The notes below the pieces were generated by a model. That model searched no databases. It saw nothing but the letters and a program-made list of their open reading frames with translations, and was not told the DNA's origin. From the IMG/VR virus record IMGVR_UViG_3300035670_000149, positions 8,628 to 72,627 of that record: 64,000 bases of DNA; one strand, written 5' to 3'. Below, in pieces: positions 48,225 through 55,477 of this stretch. A program made the position numbers and the translations under genes. Positions within the stretch are counted from its first letter, which is position 1, and every line of letters starts with the position of its first letter. The DNA is from a virus.

Positions 48225-48976
48225 ACTAAACCAATTGCGTTCTTTGCTAGGATGTATTCCTTGACTAGACCAGAACGAACAATATCTTCTACTCCAAATT
48301 CAATTAGAGAGAAAGATTCCATCTTTGCAAGAATGCGTGTGAAATCTGAGATACCATTTCTTTCAAAAGTTTTTGTCAAGTCAGATTGAACACCATCACC
48401 ACAAAACATAATCTTAGAATTTTCACCAACACGGGTAATGATTGAATCAAGTTCATGGAAGTTTAGATTCTGACACTCATCAACAATGATGATCGCATTA
48501 TCAAGTGTGGTTCCACGAATGAATGATGTGCTCCAGAAACTAATTGTTCCTTGAGTTTTAAGATTACCATACAGCATTTCAAATTCTGATTCTGTTGGTA
48601 ACTCAAACATATATTTTACCATATTTTTGTATGGAATTTGGTAAAGAGAAGACTTGTCTTCATGATCACCAGGAAGAAAACCAATTTCCCGAGTAGCAAC
48701 AAGAGACCTAACGATATAGATCTTTTCGTAAGGAGACCTTTCATCTAGTACATCCTTGAGTGCTTTGTAGAGTGCGATGAATGTTTTACCAGTTCCAGCA
48801 CAACCATATGCAAAAAGATGTTTACCCTCATCATAAGATTGAAAGAATCTTCTTTGATTATCTGTAAGAGGATCAATGTCAACTAAGATGTCAGCATTAA
48901 TTGGTTTCTTACGACGGAGTTGCTTTGCAGTGTAACCAACTCCAATTGGATCTTCGGTTTTTCTTCTTCTTGCCAT
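48221..48976 (-). CDS. phoH: PhoH-like ATPase
   Basis: GCAGTGKT, GFLPG, RGTTLD, DECQN and GDGVQSD. Confidence 0.93.
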   Translation of the reverse strand: MARRRKTEDPIGVGYTAKQLRRKKPINADILVDIDPLTDNQRRFFQSYDEGKHLFAYGCAGTGKTFIALYKALKDVLDERSPYEKIYIVRSLVATREIGFLPGDHEDKSSLYQIPYKNMVKYMFELPTESEFEMLYGNLKTQGTISFWSTSFIRGTTLDNAIIIVDECQNLNFHELDSIITRVGENSKIMFCGDGVQSDLTKTFERNGISDFTRILAKMESFSLIEFGVEDIVRSGLVKEYILAKNAIGLV

Positions 48977-48979
48977 GAG

Positions 48980-49231
48980 TTAGATCTTGAATTTTTGAGT
49001 TGCAGAAGGGGCTTTCTGTGCTCTTTCAAGCACTTCATTCCAACCAGGTTTAGACCTGACGAGTTTATCTTTCCACTCGCCAACTTCTCCGCTACCAGGA
49101 CATGTGGAAGGATCAGACCAGTCTCTTTCCCATTCTGGATTGTCTTTTTTCCACTGGTCCCAGTCGTGAACACTGAGCATCACTTCTTTTTGCTCACCAG
49201 TTTCTTTGTTGATAACAGGATAAATTGCCAT
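48980..49231 (-). CDS. Cyanophage hypothetical protein
   Basis: MAIYPVINKETGEQKE...PGWNEVL, upstream of phoH. Confidence 0.7.
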   Translation of the reverse strand: MAIYPVINKETGEQKEVMLSVHDWDQWKKDNPEWERDWSDPSTCPGSGEVGEWKDKLVRSKPGWNEVLERAQKAPSATQKFKI

Positions 49232-49257
49232 AACGTTACATAATGTAAGAATATTTA

Positions 49258-49785
49258 TTATAGAAAATTGAAGTTAATATTATATCTTGCCATGACATTT
49301 GTTGTGGTAGATGAGTTATGAAATTCACTTCCATCGAAGAAAAAAATTCTATTCTCCACACTATCAATCTTTGTTCCATCACTCATTCTAGTAAATCCAT
49401 CACAAGTGTTGAGAGAATATAATGCAGCATAGTGTTTGAAAGAATAGTCATCATGCTGAGAGTGTTCTCTAATGACATCAGTATGGGGATATAAATTTGC
49501 TTTGATTCTCATTAAAGATTTATAAATTCCCATCTCTTGAAATTTGGGAATGAATATTTCAACTATCCTAGGACAGTAATTGCTTTCTGGTTTGTCATAA
49601 TTATAAAAACTGTGTGTTGCATACCAGTTCCAAAGTTCATTTGTTTTTTCATCAACTTGAAATCTTGGATCATGAGAAACATAGCTTTGAAAATAGAAAG
49701 GAAAAGTTGCATTAAAAACTATGTTTCCTTTTAGTTCTTCAAATTCTTCCTTTGGTAGGAAGTTGTCAATAATTTTTATATCCAT
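49258..49785 (-). CDS. 2OG-Fe(II) oxygenase
   Basis: RIKANLYP, HDD, LNTCDGFT, FDGSEFHNS and RYNINFN. Confidence 0.8.
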   Translation of the reverse strand: MDIKIIDNFLPKEEFEELKGNIVFNATFPFYFQSYVSHDPRFQVDEKTNELWNWYATHSFYNYDKPESNYCPRIVEIFIPKFQEMGIYKSLMRIKANLYPHTDVIREHSQHDDYSFKHYAALYSLNTCDGFTRMSDGTKIDSVENRIFFFDGSEFHNSSTTTNVMARYNINFNFL

Positions 49786-50420
49786 TCTAATGCTTTAGCG
49801 ACCGTAGGATACTGCTCAGCAAAGACCTTCTTACAGTCTTCTGCAATCTCCATATGCTCCTTCTGTGTGCCGTTAGAAGACCGTAGAGAGATGTAATGGA
49901 TCCATGACCTGCAAGAACCGGTCATGTAGATTCTAGTGGGCGTAGCAAGCGGCAGAACGAACCTTGCACACTCCTTAGCAACTCCTGCTTCAAGCATATC
50001 TTCATACAGATCTACGGCATGATCAAATTGAAGTTTGATACGCTTACGAAATACTTCTGCAATTTCTTTTGGAAGATCATCAATACTGTTCTGACGATTC
50101 TTTACATCCTGTCTACGAAGTTCAGGAAGAGGAATCTTTCCTAGTTCAGTGCTATCGGCATATCGTTGCGAAAATTCCTGGAATGTGAAAGAACGATGCC
50201 TCAAAATCTGAGCAGCAATTGCACGACTGGTTTCAATCTGTAGCGTCATATATGCTTGTTCAAATACAGACCAATGCTGATGCTTGATGCAGTATTTTAA
50301 CAAACCTTCAAAACTTTCATTGTCTTGATTTTTTGGATTGCTTACACGTGCAATGTAAGCCATGTTCTGTTCAGGATTCGGTGTTGCTTGAATCAGTTTT
50401 ACTTTCATTTTCTTAGTCAT
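49776..50420 (-). CDS. thyX: Flavin-dependent thymidylate synthase
   Basis: HWSVFE, QILRHRSFTFQEFSQRY and ECARFVLP. Confidence 0.95.
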   Translation of the reverse strand: MTKKMKVKLIQATPNPEQNMAYIARVSNPKNQDNESFEGLLKYCIKHQHWSVFEQAYMTLQIETSRAIAAQILRHRSFTFQEFSQRYADSTELGKIPLPELRRQDVKNRQNSIDDLPKEIAEVFRKRIKLQFDHAVDLYEDMLEAGVAKECARFVLPLATPTRIYMTGSCRSWIHYISLRSSNGTQKEHMEIAEDCKKVFAEQYPTVAKALEWI

Positions 50421-50587
50421 TAATCTGGATAACCATCATCATCTTCAAACACTTCATCATAATCGCTGATGAAATTGCTTTGTACATTTTCTATGTATCT
50501 ATTTGCATCCGAATAAACTTCAGACTTCAATGACTCTACAAGTAGTTCTAGGTTTCTTACTATGAGCTTTAATCTTTCTTGATCCAT
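50420..50587 (-). CDS. Cyanophage hypothetical protein
   Basis: MDQERLKLIVRNLELLVESLKSEVYSD...DDDGYPD. Confidence 0.7.
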   Translation of the reverse strand: MDQERLKLIVRNLELLVESLKSEVYSDANRYIENVQSNFISDYDEVFEDDDGYPD

Positions 50588-50610
50588 TCTTATGTTCGCT
50601 GACAAAGCTA

Positions 50611-50648
50611 ATTTTACACAAAAAAAGAGGGTCTGTCAAGACCCTCTT
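50611..50648 (-). terminator. Rho-independent terminator overlapping promoter TTGACA-N17-TAAAAT
   Basis: GAGGGTC-TTGACA-GACCCTC followed by T7; the -35 box forms the hairpin loop. Confidence 0.8.
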
Positions 50649-50655
50649 CATTCAA

Positions 50656-50742
50656 TTATCCAAGAGTTGCAATGTAGTATTGTGCTTCTTGGAGTCTTTT
50701 CTGTTTTTGAATTTGTTTACGAATTACATTCAACCAATTCAT
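50656..50742 (-). CDS. 28-aa small protein (MNWLNVIRKQIQKQKRLQEAQYYIATLG)
   Basis: AAGGAGG ribosome-binding site, ATGA overlap with DUF4278, followed by the terminator. Confidence 0.6.
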   Translation of the reverse strand: MNWLNVIRKQIQKQKRLQEAQYYIATLG

Positions 50743-50876
50743 TTTGTTGCCTCCTTTACAAACTTAACTCCACGATATGTTTCGTTGTATGCTTGAGGTT
50801 GTTGCTGTTGTTGTGCCTGTGCTTGGCGACGAACTTCGGTGTCATATGGGACACCACGATATACTACTTGTGACAT
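50739..50876 (-). CDS. DUF4278-family small protein (45 aa)
   Basis: Two YRGV motifs (VYRGVPYD...TYRGVKF); AAGGAG ribosome-binding site. Confidence 0.8.
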   Translation of the reverse strand: MSQVVYRGVPYDTEVRRQAQAQQQQQPQAYNETYRGVKFVKEATK

Positions 50877-50908
50877 TAGGTTTTCTCCTTAGTTGTTTAG
50901 GTTAAAGA

Positions 50909-51007
50909 GCGTTCCTTCAGTCGGCGTTTGCGTTCGCTATTTGCAAATAGCGAATGAACGATCCGTTCCGCGTCGGCTTACTTCCGTTCCCATTGGGAAT
51001 GAACGTA
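50909..51007 (-). ncRNA. Glutamine riboswitch (glnA-motif-like), double unit
   Basis: CGTTCA-hairpin-CGGAAGTAAG...CTGAAGGAACGC conserved elements. Two CGTTC/GAACG pairs and two hairpins (TTCCC/GGGAA; TTCGCTA/TAGCGAA). Confidence 0.8.
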
Positions 51008-51012
51008 AGATC

Positions 51013-51041
51013 ATTATAGATCTTATGCATTATCTAGTCAA
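51013..51041 (-). promoter_or_regulatory. Sigma70-type promoter TTGACT-N17-TATAAT
   Basis: Places the transcription start at about 51006, the first base of the riboswitch. Confidence 0.8.
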
Positions 51042-51048
51042 GTAAGTT

Positions 51049-51064
51049 TGTAAAATGTGATACA
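51049..51064. promoter_or_regulatory. NtcA-type binding site
   Basis: TGTA-AAATGTGA-TACA matches GTA-N8-TAC, just upstream of the -35 box. Confidence 0.7.
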
Positions 51065-51075
51065 GTTTTTATACT

Positions 51076-51255
51076 TTATTCAGAATCTCCGTATTTATTC
51101 AGAAGATTTTTTACTTTCGTTTCAGTTCCATCCATGGTCATTACCTGAAACAAATTTGATTTCATATATTTTTTAATCTGCTTATACTCTTTTACAACAT
51201 CATTGATACCATCAAGATCCAAAGTTACCTTTGGTTTGCTACTAAACCCTGCCAT
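51076..51255 (-). CDS. Hypothetical protein (59 aa, MAGFSSKPKVTLDLDG...)
   Basis: Below the ORF-track cutoff; TAATG overlap with the upstream gene. Confidence 0.65.
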   Translation of the reverse strand: MAGFSSKPKVTLDLDGINDVVKEYKQIKKYMKSNLFQVMTMDGTETKVKNLLNKYGDSE

Positions 51256-51518
51256 TACTTTTTACCTTTCTTTTTTTCTGGAGGTACATAACCCCATAGT
51301 TTGGGATTCTTTCTTCCTTCTGTCTGCTTATACCACTTGAGACCTTCTCTATATCGGTCCCAATAGTGATCAAATATATCTACCTTCTTATCTGTAATAA
51401 CAATGTCATATGCAATTGCTCCGTCTATTTCATACTGAACAAGATAGGCCGTATATGGTAACGACCTATCATTTGCAAGTTCTGGATCGCAATTTTGGTG
51501 AATGACTTTGATACTCAA
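51255..51518 (-). CDS. Cyanophage hypothetical protein
   Basis: DRSLPYTAYLV...DIFDHYWD...GRKNPKLW. Confidence 0.7.
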   Translation of the reverse strand: MSIKVIHQNCDPELANDRSLPYTAYLVQYEIDGAIAYDIVITDKKVDIFDHYWDRYREGLKWYKQTEGRKNPKLWGYVPPEKKKGKK

Positions 51519-52060
51519 GATCTACCACCCCATTTGATGTCAGGATATGCCTCCTCAATCAGACTGCGGTTGATGTTGTATTTGTCAATAAGACGTTTGT
51601 CCTTTACAAGAACAAGCAGGTCTGCCTCTTCTGGATGAAGACCTTCTAGAATTTGAATAAAGATAGTTTCTCGTCTTGTTTTAGACAGAGTATCATTACC
51701 ACCCTTCACGAAGTTATAGAAACTTCTTTGTTCAGAGCGTAAAGAAGTATGTTCAGTGCCTTTGGGTGCCTCATTTGGTTTGTAAGGAACCGTTCCTTCA
51801 GGGAGCACAGAGATGACACTCTCATCAAAATTCCAAATGAGAAGTGAAACGAGAGCATCGTTTCTATACTGCCTCAGAAGTTCAACTTTCTTTTGGCGAG
51901 TTCTAGCTTTAGAAACTAAGTCTAGAATTTCACTTTGGAATGGATTGGGAGGAAGATTTGTAGATGTCACTTCCTCCACAACCTCTTTTGGTTTTGTGGT
52001 CTTGGTTGACCTTGGTCTAGTCGTCGTCTTCGCTGTCGTAGTAGTCTTCTGCATTTTCAA
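51515..52060 (-). CDS. T4-like phage hypothetical protein
   Basis: LPPNPF, IWNFDE...LPEG.VPY and RRETIFIQILEGLHPEEA; start uncertain. Confidence 0.7.
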   Translation of the reverse strand: MKMQKTTTTAKTTTRPRSTKTTKPKEVVEEVTSTNLPPNPFQSEILDLVSKARTRQKKVELLRQYRNDALVSLLIWNFDESVISVLPEGTVPYKPNEAPKGTEHTSLRSEQRSFYNFVKGGNDTLSKTRRETIFIQILEGLHPEEADLLVLVKDKRLIDKYNINRSLIEEAYPDIKWGGRS

Positions 52061-52253
52061 ATCTCAAGGCAAAAATTTGGTCTGGAATTACATTCCCATT
52101 TTCATCTAGGAACTCAGGATGTAAGTTTAGTGTATCTGGATGATGAGGAGTTGTTTTGATAACGTGCTCTTTTGCCAACCATCCAATAACGATACCGACA
52201 AATAAGAACATTATACTAACTAATGTGCCTATTGTCAAAGTAACTGCTAACAT
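52017..52253 (-). CDS. Small membrane protein
   Basis: N-terminal transmembrane helix; HPEFLDENGN. Confidence 0.65.
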   Translation of the reverse strand: MLAVTLTIGTLVSIMFLFVGIVIGWLAKEHVIKTTPHHPDTLNLHPEFLDENGNVIPDQIFALRFENAEDYYDSEDDD

Positions 52254-52263
52254 CTTCCTACTC

Positions 52264-52485
52264 CTAGTTTGAGTTTTGTTTCCTTAAGTCAAAGGAAAAT
52301 TCTAAGAAGATGTGAATCTCTCTTTTCAGGAGAGAAACCATCTTACCAAAACGAATTTGGAATGTTTTTGGTTTCCTCCCCTGTTTGTTTTTATTTCGGA
52401 GCATCAGCTCCACACCTTTATTTATTTCCAGATCAGGATTTCTTTTTCCTCCCTGGTTTCTTGTCTCGCTCATAACGCCAGGCAT
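52264..52485 (-). CDS. Hypothetical protein
   Basis: INKGVELMLR...F.IRFGK; start uncertain. Confidence 0.55.
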   Translation of the reverse strand: MPGVMSETRNQGGKRNPDLEINKGVELMLRNKNKQGRKPKTFQIRFGKMVSLLKREIHIFLEFSFDLRKQNSN

Positions 52486-52777
52486 CCTCCAATATTCCGT
52501 ACAAATAGTTTCTTATCTTACGAGCACGTGGTTTTGGTATGTGTCCATATGCTTCTCGTAATTGTTTGTGAACATTGTCTGCCCCGCCTTTTAGATACTC
52601 ATCAAGATCTTCAACTAAATTGCTAATCTCTAGAGCAACAGAGCTTTGAATAAACTGTGTCACTTGATGCTTTGTCATTTTAGATGACTTGGCATATTCA
52701 TACATGTTGAGAACATATCTGTCCTTTGTAAATGCATAATCAATTGCGGTCTCAACAACGTAGAGAAGATCTTCCAT
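52433..52777 (-). CDS. T4-like phage hypothetical protein
   Basis: VETAIDYAF, LREAYGHIPKPRARKI. Confidence 0.7.
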   Translation of the reverse strand: MEDLLYVVETAIDYAFTKDRYVLNMYEYAKSSKMTKHQVTQFIQSSVALEISNLVEDLDEYLKGGADNVHKQLREAYGHIPKPRARKIRNYLYGILEDAWRYERDKKPGRKKKS

Positions 52778-53019
52778 TATTGCGGTAAGTGTTTTTGTTC
52801 TTTTAGAAACTTAATTGTATCAGAACAACCACCTATATGAGTATTTCCAAAAGTGATTTGAGGAAAAGTGGCTCCTACACCATACTCATCATAAAATGCC
52901 TGACGTGTGAAGTCTCTGTCTAATTTATAAATGACGTAAGGAACTTCAGCAAACTGTAAAAGTTGTTCAATTTTTTGACAATAAGGACAATTGTCTTTTG
53001 AATAAACAGTAAAGGACAT
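52777..53019 (-). CDS. nrdC: Glutaredoxin
   Basis: CPYC active site, TFPQI and HIGGCSD. Confidence 0.9.
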   Translation of the reverse strand: MSFTVYSKDNCPYCQKIEQLLQFAEVPYVIYKLDRDFTRQAFYDEYGVGATFPQITFGNTHIGGCSDTIKFLKEQKHLPQ

Positions 53020-53052
53020 AATTGTGAGTTTTCTTTTATTTAATATTTTTTA

Positions 53053-53310
53053 TTATTCTGTACAATCTCCCGTTCTTGTTCTCCAAGAAATCAAAAAGAA
53101 ATCAATTACGTTTTCCTTGCAACTCTTTTTTGATGAGTTCACATCACCAGGCATGATTACCGTTGGTGGAACAACAACAGGAGATGAATTTCCTCCAGGA
53201 GAATAAAAAGAAGGAGGATTATATTGTGCTTGAGGGTAGTTGCCATATGCAAATGCTGGAGCATTCATAGCAACTAAAGATCCAAAAGTAATAAGTAAAC
53301 GGACAATCAT
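53053..53310 (-). CDS. Hypothetical secreted protein
   Basis: Signal-peptide-like N-terminus (APAFA) and two C-terminal Cys; has its own promoter. Confidence 0.6.
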   Translation of the reverse strand: MIVRLLITFGSLVAMNAPAFAYGNYPQAQYNPPSFYSPGGNSSPVVVPPTVIMPGDVNSSKKSCKENVIDFFLISWRTRTGDCTE

Positions 53311-53334
53311 AACAAAATCAGTATGAACATTTGC

Positions 53335-53363
53335 AGGTTAGCACGGATTGAATACCATGTCAA
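53335..53363 (-). promoter_or_regulatory. Sigma70-like promoter TTGACA-N17-TAACCT
   Basis: 17-bp spacer ending in ATCCGTGC, giving an extended -10 TG. Confidence 0.6.
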
Positions 53364-53467
53364 GATTTTTTAGGTTCTTTTTTATTTGATTTATTTGGTC
53401 TATAAATTTGAGGCCAAGTGTCTCTAATAATCTGTGCTAGTTTATATGGAGTTTCTGAACTAATCAT
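53360..53467 (-). CDS. 35-aa small protein (MISSETPYKLAQIIRDTWPQIYRP...)
   Basis: Open frame filling the gap after the psbA terminator. Confidence 0.5.
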   Translation of the reverse strand: MISSETPYKLAQIIRDTWPQIYRPNKSNKKEPKKS

Positions 53468-53468
53468 T

Positions 53469-53492
53469 AAAAAAGGAGGGTTTCCCCTCCCA
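53469..53492 (-). terminator. Rho-independent terminator after psbA
   Basis: GGAGGG-GAAA-CCCTCC followed by T6. Confidence 0.85.
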
Positions 53493-53516
53493 TTTTATCA
53501 AGGTATACCTTGAGTG

Positions 53517-54596
53517 TCAACCGATTGCAGGTGCTACTAGTGCCACAGGAGTGATATCAGCAGCAGCAAGGTCAAGAGGGAAGTTATGGGCATTGCGCTC
53601 ATGCATTACCTCAAAACCAAGATTGGCACGGTTCAGAATATCAGCCCAAGTGTTGATCACACGACCGTTGTTGTCAAGCAGCGACTGGTTGAAGTTGAAA
53701 CCGTTGAGGTTGAATGCCATGGTGCTAACACCAAGAGCAGCAAACCAGATACCAACTACAGGCCATGCAGCGAGGAAGAAGTGAAGTGAACGAGAGTTGT
53801 TGAACGATGCGTATTGGAAGATCAAACGACCAAAGTAACCGTGTGCAGCAACAATGTTATACGTCTCTTCTTCTTGACCAAACTTGTAACCGTAGTTCTG
53901 ACTTACTTCTTCAGTTGTCTCACGGATGAGCGAAGAAGTGACCAGAGATCCATGCATAGCAGAGAAAAGAGCACCACCAAATACACCAGCCACCCCAAGC
54001 ATATGGAAGGGGTGCATGAGGATATTATGCTCCGCCTGGAAAACAAGCATGTAGTTAAATGTTCCTGAAATGCCAAGAGGCATACCATCAGAGAAGGAAC
54101 CTTGTCCAAAGGGATAGACGAGGAACACTGCAGTAGCAGCAGCAACGGGTGCGCTGTAGGCAACAAAAATCCAAGGACGCATACCAAGTCGGTAAGAAAG
54201 TTCCCACTCACGACCCATATAAGAGAAGACACCAATCAGGAAGTGAAATACTACCAGCTGGTAAGGACCACCATTATATAGCCACTCGTCTAGTGAATTT
54301 GCTTCCCAGATGGGATAAAAGTGCAGTCCAATAGCATTGGATGAAGGAACAACAGCACCAGAAATGATGTTGTTTCCGTACATGAGAGAACCAGAAACAG
54401 GTTCACGAATACCATCAATGTCCACCGGAGGTGCGGCAATGAAGGCGACGATGAAACATACGGTTGCAGCGAGCAGCGTAGGAATCATCAGAGTTCCGAA
54501 CCAACCAACATAAAGGCGGTTGTTCGTTGAAGTAACCCACTGGCAAAACTGTTCCCAGGAGTTAGTAGATTGTCTTTGAGCAATAGTAGCAGTCAT
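53517..54596 (-). CDS. psbA: Photosystem II D1 protein
   Basis: Full D1 from MTATIAQ to HNFPLDLA, uninterrupted; GREWE (Glu130 form). Confidence 0.98.
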   Translation of the reverse strand: MTATIAQRQSTNSWEQFCQWVTSTNNRLYVGWFGTLMIPTLLAATVCFIVAFIAAPPVDIDGIREPVSGSLMYGNNIISGAVVPSSNAIGLHFYPIWEANSLDEWLYNGGPYQLVVFHFLIGVFSYMGREWELSYRLGMRPWIFVAYSAPVAAATAVFLVYPFGQGSFSDGMPLGISGTFNYMLVFQAEHNILMHPFHMLGVAGVFGGALFSAMHGSLVTSSLIRETTEEVSQNYGYKFGQEEETYNIVAAHGYFGRLIFQYASFNNSRSLHFFLAAWPVVGIWFAALGVSTMAFNLNGFNFNQSLLDNNGRVINTWADILNRANLGFEVMHERNAHNFPLDLAAADITPVALVAPAIG

Positions 54597-54599
54597 TTG

Positions 54600-54715
54600 A
54601 AAAGGGTAGGTATGATCCAGGGGGTATCTGGATGTTACGGTATTCCCCACACTACCCTCCAGTGTGGGCATGAGAGACTGTGTTTAACCTCCCCATAGGT
54701 CTCGGTTAGGAAGAG
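54600..54715 (-). ncRNA. PhotoRC-II-like structured leader RNA
   Basis: CCTAACCGAGACCTATGGG...GTCTCTCAT, hairpin CCCACACT-GGAGGGT-AGTGTGGG and hairpin ATCCAG-ATACCCC-CTGGAT in the psbA 5' UTR. Confidence 0.75.
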
Positions 54716-54759
54716 GAATCAGAAACGTTACGATTTGTTACGTTTCTTAATGTGTATTT

Positions 54760-54797
54760 ATCATAACATAAAAAAATCCCCCTGTCAAGAGGGGGAT
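54760..54797 (-). promoter_or_regulatory. psbA promoter TTGACA-N17-TATGAT inside the hli terminator, with overlapping late promoter ATAAATA
   Basis: ATCCCCCT-CTTGAC-AGGGGGAT-T6; ATAAATA at 54761-54755. Confidence 0.75.
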
Positions 54798-54824
54798 GGG
54801 CAATTTAGAAATTGGTTCAAGACT

Positions 54825-54932
54825 TCACCAAATACCAGGAATGATCTGTCCTGTAACAGCATAGCTTCCCATCGCAGCAATAATACCAATCATCGCTGCC
54901 CAACCATTAATACGTTCTGCTCTTTCGTTCAT
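54825..54932 (-). CDS. hli: High-light inducible protein (35 aa)
   Basis: MNERAERINGWAAMIGIIAAMGSYAVTGQIIPGIW. Confidence 0.92.
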   Translation of the reverse strand: MNERAERINGWAAMIGIIAAMGSYAVTGQIIPGIW

Positions 54933-55090
54933 TGTTTTGTCCTCTTAGTAGTGTTTTGAATTACAATAAATTTATCTTTTGGAAGAGTGCCTGCTACACA
55001 AATTTTAAGTTCATCATCATTAGACCAAGCACCACTTTCTAAAAGTTCTTGAAGGGCAAGACTTAGTTGCCCAAGCATATCAGCACTCAT
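54929..55090 (-). CDS. Hypothetical protein (53 aa, MSADMLGQL...)
   Basis: Overlapping stop/start codons with both neighbours. Confidence 0.65.
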   Translation of the reverse strand: MSADMLGQLSLALQELLESGAWSNDDELKICVAGTLPKDKFIVIQNTTKRTKQ

Positions 55091-55176
55091 CAATAAGTTT
55101 CAGCAAGTTTCTCTACAGCATAACCCAGAGTTACAAAAAAAGCAACTGTGGTTGCTATCCAAATAATTTCAGTCAT
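55090..55176 (-). CDS. 28-aa single-pass membrane peptide
   Basis: MTEIIWIATTVAFFVTLGYAVEKLAETY; TGATG overlaps at both ends. Confidence 0.6.
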   Translation of the reverse strand: MTEIIWIATTVAFFVTLGYAVEKLAETY

Positions 55177-55385
55177 CAGAAGATACCGAAGAAGAGTTTG
55201 CCAGTGAAAGCATAAGAAATGAAACCAGCAACAATGCCGACCATAGCCCAGCGTCCATTAGCGGATTCAGCACGTTCTGCATGAGTTTTCATCCCATATT
55301 TGATAGCGTCTTCATCTGAAATATAAACGGGCGGTTCAATTGCCCACATATTCTGTTGACCACGCTCATTAGTTGTTACAGTCAT
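55176..55385 (-). CDS. hli: High-light inducible protein (long form)
   Basis: AESANGRWAMVG...TGKLFFGIF; N-terminal QQNMWAIEP. Confidence 0.92.
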   Translation of the reverse strand: MTVTTNERGQQNMWAIEPPVYISDEDAIKYGMKTHAERAESANGRWAMVGIVAGFISYAFTGKLFFGIF

Positions 55386-55412
55386 TTTCGTTTTATTACG
55401 AATTGTTACACA

Positions 55413-55448
55413 ATTATATATGAAAAAGGAGGGTCTGTCAACCCCCCC
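55413..55448 (-). promoter_or_regulatory. hli promoter TTGACA-N17-TATAAT inside the porin terminator
   Basis: GGGGGGG-TTGACAGA-CCCTCC-T5, then TATAAT. Confidence 0.8.
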
Positions 55449-55477
55449 TAATGTTTTAAGATCGGAACAGATCAGTA

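Noticed and set aside
53517-54596. Group I intron or homing endonuclease in or near psbA
   Set aside because: The reading frame is continuous and of normal length, and no endonuclease ORF is adjacent.
54597-54671. 25-aa N-terminal extension of D1 in the ORF track
   Set aside because: It lies within the structured PhotoRC-II-like leader. The canonical start MTATIAQ is at 54596.
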